In this document: positions 55,181 through 64,000 of the stretch, piece after piece | Layout of the letters: each line of letters begins with the position of its first letter | Numbering within the stretch: position 1 is the stretch's first letter | From: Eledone cirrhosa | Lineage: Eukaryota | Reading direction: 5' to 3' | Assembly (NCBI GenBank): GCA_964016885.1 | Contig: CAXHJY010000547.1 | Location: 62,001-126,000, forward strand | DNA: 64,000 nt | Notes under the pieces: model-generated | Seen by the model: the letters and a program-made list of their open reading frames with translations, nothing else | Told to the model about the DNA's origin: nothing | The model's database searches: none | Position numbers and translations under genes: made by a program

Positions 55181-57302
55181 TTTTCCTTTCCGAGGACAGA
55201 AGTCCCAAGAACGGCAAAATATATTGCCACCTGCCAGCTAGCACAGGATCGAATGAGGCCGTAAAGTATATATTTACAGGGGTACTTAGTACCTGTGGGG
55301 ATATTAATCTCCTTTTATATATATATAATTGTTTCTACTTTTGGCACAAAGCCAGCAAATCACCCAGTGCATTAGTGGTACTTTATTTTATCGATCCCGT
55401 CAGGATGAAAGGCAGTTAACCTAGGCGATATATATATAATGAAGGAAGTGTGGTAAGGAATTAGGTGGACAATAACGCACCAGAGTACTCGATACTTAGT
55501 GTAGTAGAGTGGGTAATAGGAAAATATTCAGGACCCCGACGGCAGAGCTCAAGCCGTTTCGACTAGTCCAGAAATAGCCGTCGAAACGGCTTGAGCTCTG
55601 CCGTTGGGGTCCTGAACCTTTATATATATATTGTCATGCTAGCTTGGAAAATAGACGTTAAACGATGACGATGATAATATATTCAATGTACTGTGTCGTT
55701 TGCTTTTTTATTTCTGTTTACTCCCCCCTCAATAATGTGTGGGTTTCTGCTGGATCAAAGATTAATGCCGTTTCATCTTTGTGTCTGTTTTCATATCGGA
55801 AAAGCAAATTCTGATGTATCGGCTGTAATTGCTGTCAGTTCTCTGTCTACTGTACCGACTCTATCACCCCTCAGATATTCTACTAACCACATAGAATCTC
55901 CCAGCTTTAACCAGAGCAGTCTAATTACTGGGGTGAAATCACTTTTAGGACGCCGCCCCTCCCCCCCCTCCTCGGTTAGACAACTTCACTTGTTTTTCCT
56001 AACAAATTATGTGCTAGGAAAGTTGTCAATCTTCCTCTCAACATTTGAATGTAGGAAAAGTTGAAGAACAAAGGAAAATGCCTGAGATTCTTCTTATTGT
56101 TAATTCTTTTATTACCATATTTCTAATGAAAAACACCGCCTATGATTTTTATTAGGGTTTAGTAATGAATGTCTTATTCACCTGCTGTTTGGAACATAAC
56201 TTAAAGGTTCTTACTTAAAATTATGATGGAATCTATTAAATATAAACACTTTAAAGTTTTGTATCGTTGGTGGTTTCATATAAAAGTTTAGTTTCGCTAA
56301 ACTCTCGCCTGCATAACTGGGTCTATTGCCGTGAAGATTAGGACGGACGTGTTCTCCCATATTTTATTAATGGCTTACTCAAGGTGCGTGATTATTTAAG
56401 GCTTACAGTATTGGGTTCGATTTCCACTGGTTTGTAATTCATCTTTCTTACTATTGATAACATTAATTGATCGGTTTATTGCCAACAATTATGACATTTA
56501 TTTCTAATGGCCGTATTTGTTGCTGAAAACACGTGGCTTAATGGTTACAGTGTTCACACACACACAATCGCGAGGTCGGCGATGTGGAGACTGGTATGTA
56601 TGGCCGACTGATGATAGTCTTCCACAAAATACCTTGTACTGGCTTGTACCTTGGTGAGGAATTGTCCAGGTGTAAACTCATGGTTAGTCCCGACGAATAG
56701 GGGCCTATTTTACTGAGGAAAGGGACAGTGTCGATGGCCCTTTTTGTGCCTTCATGACTGATGGGAGGATGTCGTACCTCAGATCGGGGACCCGACCAGA
56801 ATGTCTGTAACAGAGGGGACATAAAGATAGCCAGTGTCCAGTGGTTGGCTAAAGTCAACTAATAACAGTAACAGTGGGCATAGTTAAAAGCAGCCAAGGT
56901 CCCAGTGGTTAAACCAGCTGATAGATTATATCATCTAATTATCCACAGTGACAATCGTTAAAAACACCCAGGGGCCAGACAGTGGTGTCAAGCCATCTGT
57001 CATATCTACCACCTAAACACCCACAGGGTGGCCACCGTTAAAGACATCCAGGGGCCAGGCCGTGGTGTCAAGCCATCTGAGAGATTATATCTACCATCTA
57101 AACAACAATAGCAACCACCCACACACAAAACCACACATTCTATATATCACCATACTTACTTTACACGTTGCTACTAACATGAACTCTACATCAACCAAGT
57201 CTGCTATATTGAAGTGAAAGTATAACAGCCGATCCGATGTACCGGATGTTTTCATTAAACGATAGTAATTTTTTCTTTTACTTTCAATGTTTTTATTAAA
57301 TA

Positions 57303-57364
<62 letters not shown>

Positions 57365-58828
57365 CGAAGGAAGTGTGGTAAGGAACCAGGTGGACCATAA
57401 CGCACCAGAGTACTCGATACTTTGGGTAGTAGAGTGGGTAATAGGAAAAGAGCCATGACTTCGACGGCTATTTCTGGACTCAAGAGAGGTCCTGACTCTT
57501 TTCTTATATATATATATATATAACATTACAAATTGTTCACAATTCTTTCAGAATAACATTACAAATATAATATCGTTGATAAACAAATATAAACAAATAT
57601 ACTAAATACAATTAGCTATTATGAGGAACCTTACCAAATTAAATGACCAGAACGAGAGAAAGAAGATAAGTGGTGTAAACTAAACCTGCCTTCAATTCCC
57701 CACCAAGTGTGACAATGGGCCACACATGAGTGATAAATCTGTAGTTATTAACAGCAGATATAAAGATCGTTGTATCCACGTTGTAATAAATGAAATTTAG
57801 TTGTTTCTGTAATTCAAGAAAGCCATGAAATGTTTTTACATCTATTATTGCCAGTTCCATTTTTAATACTACATGTTAATAGTTGAACAATCAAAAAGAA
57901 ATCGTGATTGATTTTAACCCATTAATTTAGAATGTTTTGTTTTGTTTAAACTTTTGTATACAATCCTTTGTTTGTAGTGTACTCTTGGGTCCCAAATAAT
58001 AGGTGGATGGGTGGAATAAGGGCTATGGTGGTGGAAAATCGGTAATTTTTCTAGGTTGTCTACGTTGGCTTTTTAAAAACTAGAATTAGTTGTTTAGTTT
58101 ACATATTGAGACCTCCAACCCATCCTATTTAAAACGTATGAGATTTCTAGTAATGTATAAAGAAAAATTTCGCCGGAGATAGATTAGCAAAATTGAATAA
58201 GCGTGGGGGGGGGGGGGGGGGGGGGGGGGGGCTCTGTCTGAAAAATTAATAACAAGGGGGGGGGGGGGTTATTTGAGACCCTAGAGTAATATTTCTCTCA
58301 ATAACCATCACCACCACGACCTCTACAACCACCATCTCCCTAAATATTTGTAGAGGAGTTGCTCTCTCCCTCACCTTGCAGATGTTCAGGCAGGGCATCA
58401 GTCACTTGAAACCCCCTCCCTAGCCAATAGGGGCTGTATGAAAGGTCATTGACACTACCTCTGGTCCCTCTCTGATGTACTTTAAAAGGGGTTATCCTAT
58501 CAAAAGAAAGACACACACACACACACACACACACACACTGGTTGTATTTCAAGTTTCACATTAGTGCCTGTGTTATTGATCCAATGAATGACCCATTCAA
58601 AATACAACACTGCCTCTTTCATCTTGCAATACAAAAACGGTGTATGCACACGCGCACACACACACGCACACACACACGCACACACGCACACACGCACACA
58701 CACGCATGTATGACAATTATGTTTTGAAACAGCCAGTGAGTTTGAAATAGAAGCTTTCACCATATTTTTGACTAAAGAAATTTTAGCTTGATAGTGGGGT
58801 TTAGAACCCTCTAAGAAATGGAAAAAGA

Positions 58829-58885
<57 letters not shown>

Positions 58886-58916
58886 GTGTGTGTGTATGTG
58901 TATATATATATGTATA

Positions 58917-59013
<97 letters not shown>

Positions 59014-59382
59014 CATCATCATCATCAGTTTTACGTCTGTTCTTCCATGCTAGCATGGGTTAGACGGGTTGTCCGGTCGGCTAACCTTGTCTTGCTCATA
59101 CAAGAACTGATTCTGGCTTGATTGCTACAGCTGGATGCCCTTCCTAACACCAACCTGATTTACAGTGTGGGCTGGGTGCTTTTTTGCCATGGCACCTCCA
59201 CGACCACTTTACAGTGGAATGATATGGATCCCAGTCCCTATCATCTCATTTCTACAGCTGAGTAAACTGGAGCAATGTGAAATAAAGTTTCTTGCTCAAT
59301 GAAACAACACATCACCCGGTCTGACAATTGAACTCAACCTTTCGATTGCAAGCCCAATGCTCTAACCACTTAGCCATGTGTG

Positions 59383-59429
<47 letters not shown>

Positions 59430-59945
59430 ATGCATGTTTCAAGACAAAATATCACATCAGGAATCATACAAAACAAACACAGATGCCACTGAAGTCAGTG
59501 TGTGTGTGTGTCTGTGTGCCTGTGTGTGTGTTTGTGTGATTGTTAATACACTTGGTATGTCTGAATGTGGCTGTTATAATTTACTCTCATCATTTCATCA
59601 TTTCATTTTACGTCCGCTTTTTCCCTGCTTGCAAGGGTGGGACGGGAACTGATTCTGGCTTGATTTCTACAGCTGGATGCCCTTCCTAACACCAACCTCA
59701 TTTACAGTGAGTGCTGGGTGTTTTTTTGCCGTGGCGCCTACACGTCCACTTTACAGTGGAATGATATGGACCCCAGTCTCTATCATCTCATTTCTACAGC
59801 TGAGTAAACTGGAGCAATTTGAAATAAAGTGTCTTGCTCAAGGAAACAACACATCGCCCGGTCTGAGAATTGAACTCACAACCTTTCGATTGCAAGGCCA
59901 ACGCTCTAACCACTAAGCCATGTGCCTCCACTCTGTGTGTGTGTG

Positions 59946-60091
<146 letters not shown>

Positions 60092-60123
60092 ATGTATGTG
60101 TATGTATATATGTGTATATATAA

Positions 60124-61578
60124 ATGAATGGCTTGTGAAAGCGGTACAAGCCATGTATAGGGGAGCAGTCAGCAAAGTTAGGATTAGCAATGAGTATAGC
60201 GAGGAATTTAGCGTACAGGTTGGTGTCCACCAGGGCTCTGTTCTTAGCCCCCTCCTGTTCATCATAGTCCTGCAGGCAATAACGGTGGAGTTTAAGACCG
60301 GATGCCCATGGGAACTCCTGTATGCTGATGACCTCGCACTCATAGCTGAATCTATGGTAGAACTAGAGAATAAATTCCAAACTTGGAAGCAGGGACTAGA
60401 AAGAAAGGGTCTCAAAGTCAACATGACAAAGACTAAGGTCCTTGTAAGTAGACGCGAAAACAGAACCCAGATCCCCTCAGGGAAATGGCCTTGCTCAGTA
60501 TGTAGGAAAGGTGTAGGTAGGAACTCCATTCTCTGCCCCAAATGCAAACAATGGGTACACAAGAGATGTAGCGGGATCTCAGGAAGCTTAATTAAGAATG
60601 TAGGCTTCACATGCAGCAGCTCTGCTGGGACACAAAGCAGCAAACAGCCACAGGAAACAAGTACCACCAATCTCTGGGAGGGCTCTGTAGAAACAGTAGA
60701 CAGCTTCTGCTACCTAGGTGACCGAATTAGCAGCGGAGGTGGGTGTTCAGAAAGTACAATAACTAGGGTAAGAACGGGATGGAAGAAGTTTAGGGAACTA
60801 CTACCACTGCTAGCTGCAAAAGGCTTCTCCCTCAGAATGAAAGGCAGACTGTATGATGCGTGTATCTGAACAGCAATGTTGCATGGTAGTGAGACCTGGG
60901 TGCTGAAGGTGGAAGACTTACGTAGATTAGAGAGAAACGAAGCCTGCATGCTCCGATGGATGTGTAACAGTAATATACGTGAACGACAAAGCATAAATGA
61001 ATTGAGAGAGAGACTGAGCATAAGAGGAATCAAATGCCGTGTGCAGGAGAGGCGGTTGCGCTGGTATGGACATGTGATGCGTATGAAGGATGACAGCTGC
61101 ATAAAAAGGTGCAGAGCACTAGAAGTTGATGGAAACCGCGGAGTGGGGAGACCCAAGATGACCTGGGATGAGGTGATAAAAGCCGACCTTACCCAATTAC
61201 ACCTCTCAAAGGCAATGACACACGACCGTGACCTCTGGCGTCACGCAGTAATACAGAGTACCCGACCTCCCATGGTACAAGCTGAAGCATATAGACAATA
61301 TGCCCCGGCACCCCCCACCGCAAGGTGTTCGTGGAGGTGCCACGGCAAAAAAGCCCCCAGCCCACACTGTAAAGTGGACGTGTAGGCGCCACGGAAAAAG
61401 CACCCAGCACTCACTGTAAATGAGGTTGGTGTTAGGAAGGGCATCCAGCTGTAGAAATCAAGCCAAATCAGTTCCTGTATGAGCAATGCATGGTCAGCCG
61501 ACCAGACACTGCCCACAACAGGACAACCCGTCTAACCCATGCTAGCGTGGAAGAACGGATGTAAAACAGTGATGATGA
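60124..61578 (+). mobile_element. 5'-truncated RTE LINE with RT core
   Basis: [20 protein letters not shown]-like finger, FCYLG, one in-frame TGA at 60867, [11 protein letters not shown], 3' UTR and (GAT)n tail. Confidence 0.96.
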
Positions 61579-61589
61579 TAAATGGTAAA

Positions 61590-61987
61590 TCCCCACTTCA
61601 GTCACGAATGATTGTGGGATTTGACCCCCTTCAGTCACCAATGACTGTGGGATTTGACCAGCTTCAGTCACGAATGACCGTGGGATTTGAGCCCCTTCAG
61701 TTACGTATGACAGTGGGATTTGACCCGCTTCAGTCACCAATGACCCGTGGGATTTGACCCGCTTCAGTCCCCAATGACTGTGGGATTTGAGCCCCTTCAG
61801 TCACCAATGACCGTGGGATTTGACCCGCTTCAGTCACCAATGACCGTGGGATTTGACCCGCTTCAGTCCCCAATGACTGTGGGATTTGACCCCCTTCAGT
61901 CACGAATGACTGTGGGATTTGACCCCCTTCAGTCACGAATGACCGTGGGATTTGACCCGCTTCAGTCACCAATAACCGTGGGATTTA
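61590..61987. repeat. 33-bp minisatellite x12 from a SINE terminus
   Basis: cttcagtcaccaatgaccgtgggatttgacccg. Runs straight into the SINE body; a single-copy form lies at ~36095. Confidence 0.92.
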
Positions 61988-63573
61988 CACCTAGAAAGAT
62001 CTCCTCTGAAGCACAAGTCCAGGCAAGGTTGTTTGTGAAAGACCAGCAGTCACCCATACATACCAGTCTCTCCTCTCCCCACCACCAATGTTGTCCAAGG
62101 GAAAGACAATGACTGATACAGCTTAGCACCAGTGATGTCACAACACATTTCTACAGCTGAGTAAACTGGAGCAATGTGAAATAAAGTGTCTTGCTGAAGG
62201 ACACAACGTATTACCCGGTCCGAGAATTAAATTCACAACCTCCCTATAACAAGTCCAGTGCTTTAACCACTAAGCTATGTGTAGGTGTATGTGTGTATAT
62301 ATGTGTGTTGTGTGTGTTGCGTGTATATATATATGTGTGTATGTATATACAGAGAATCAGTTGATATTAACCCCACTACCTATTTGTTGAAGCATGGTAC
62401 TTATTTTATCAAACTCTTTTTGCTATACTGCTAAGTTACAAAAGATAAACAGTTAAACATTAAATTGATTTAAATATTCAGTCAAGGGGGAATAACAGTA
62501 TTTCTGAGAGAGGGGTGGAGGGTGCTATCCTCAAACTAGTTCATAGGCTTACAACAGTTGGTGTTAAACTGGGTGATGGATTAATTCTACCACCCAAGGG
62601 CCAGTTGGTGTTAAACTGGATGATGGACTAATTCTGCTACCCAAGTAGGCCATAGTATGATTTGAACTTAGAAGGGACACAGCAAGGTATCACATCTGAT
62701 TCCCTAACAATCATTAACCCTCCCCCCTGCTCCTCACCTCGGCTGCTACTATTTTATCGATGAAAGGTGAAATTGATCTTGTGAAGATGCATAGCTTAAT
62801 GGTTATGATCGTTTCCTGATAGAACTGGGTCCCTATATCATTAAAACCTTTGAGAAATCTAAGCCTGCATAAATGTGAACTGTAAATTTAATTTAATTTT
62901 TTTTTTTCAAAGTTGGTCTCTGCAGTATTTTAACTGAGAGCAGATAAATTGTGAGAACTGCCACAAAACATCTCTAATGTTTTAATAATTCTTTCCACCT
63001 ACTACCTTGAACTGGTATTGTAGTTTCTCAATCGTAAAACAATGAAAAACAAAGTTGATCCTGGCCAGATTTGAACTCAAAACACTTCCCTAACCATGAG
63101 TGGGTGTTGTGAGCCTATCGTTAACATAGGTTAGGCTGATTCACTGATTTGAAGTTAATATTTTTTTCTACAATAGCTTTAGCTTTTTCTTTAGTTTATT
63201 CTAAAGAAAGACATATCTTTTGTATGGCATCAATTGACCACTTCTATTATTACATACCTCTGTTACCATAGCGATGATAATTAAAAGAAAATGGAGACGT
63301 GTTGTTTTATATATTATTATCGTTGCTGTTTTCTCTTCTACCATGTTGTATGTCTAAGACTCCTGTCTATGTGTCTGGGTCCATTGACTTGTCAGATTTC
63401 ACACCATTCTACAAGCACTTACAATGGTAACAACCTCTCTGGAATGGTTCCATAAAATTAACATTCTTTTATTCTTGGTCAACAACACTTGTCATTTAGG
63501 CTTTCTTTAAACAATAGCAAGCACCTGTTTGTGCGTGCACACACACGCACGCAGGCACGCGCACGCACGCACG

Positions 63574-63614
<41 letters not shown>

Positions 63615-63627
63615 AGACACAGACACA

Positions 63628-63661
<34 letters not shown>

Positions 63662-63916
63662 AGCTGTGTGTGAACCATTCAGGAACAGTTTCCAGTGTCC
63701 AAAATATTCATTTAGGTTCAAGCATATTATTGGAGGTTAGTTGTGCATATATTAAGTTTACCAAAGATCTCGTCCAGGGGCCCACATCTAAACCAGCCAG
63801 CTTTGACCTCCCCAGGAAACAACAGGTGTCCCTTTATGGGAGCCACACAATACATGCCAGGACAGTCCATCATCTCCATAGAGGGAAAATGAAAGTTAGC
63901 CCAGCATGTGACTTTG

Positions 63917-64000
63917 GGACCCTGACCAGACAGTACTGTATGTGGTTAGGGACCCTGGCTAGACAGTATTGTATGTGGTTAGGGACCCTGACTAGACAGT
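63917..64000. repeat. ~33-bp tandem repeat running off the window
   Basis: gggaccctgac.agacagta.tgtatgtggtta x2.5. Confidence 0.8.

Noticed and set aside
58205-58268. Poly-G tracts as functional G-quadruplex
   Set aside because: Homopolymer length is unreliable in assemblies, and there is no supporting context.

Overview
AT-rich animal genomic DNA, most likely from an octopus or related cephalopod (inferred from the SINE and RTE-LINE families and the extreme (TA)n/(CA)n load). Almost all entries in the ORF track are translations of micro- or minisatellites. Supportable content: many RTE-clade LINE fragments (the RT ORF carries a C4HC3 PHD-like finger), CR1-like 3' ends, two tRNA-derived SINE families, TTAA-flanked piggyBac-like MITEs, about 20 minisatellites (several amplified from transposon pieces), a decayed Penelope-like element with a GIY-YIG domain, a possible multi-exon pseudogene on the minus strand (~5.9-35.7 kb) and a possible first coding exon at 48.8 kb. 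The most notable signal is a dense set of hammerhead-ribozyme (HHR) motifs from several unrelated sequence families. They sit in short elements, mostly embedded in (TA)n. One is a 600-bp HHR-spacer-HHR direct repeat (retrozyme-like) at 1.85-2.83 kb. Many others are fold-back palindromes whose turn-around point falls in or beside the ribozyme. All structures were read by eye and none was computed.
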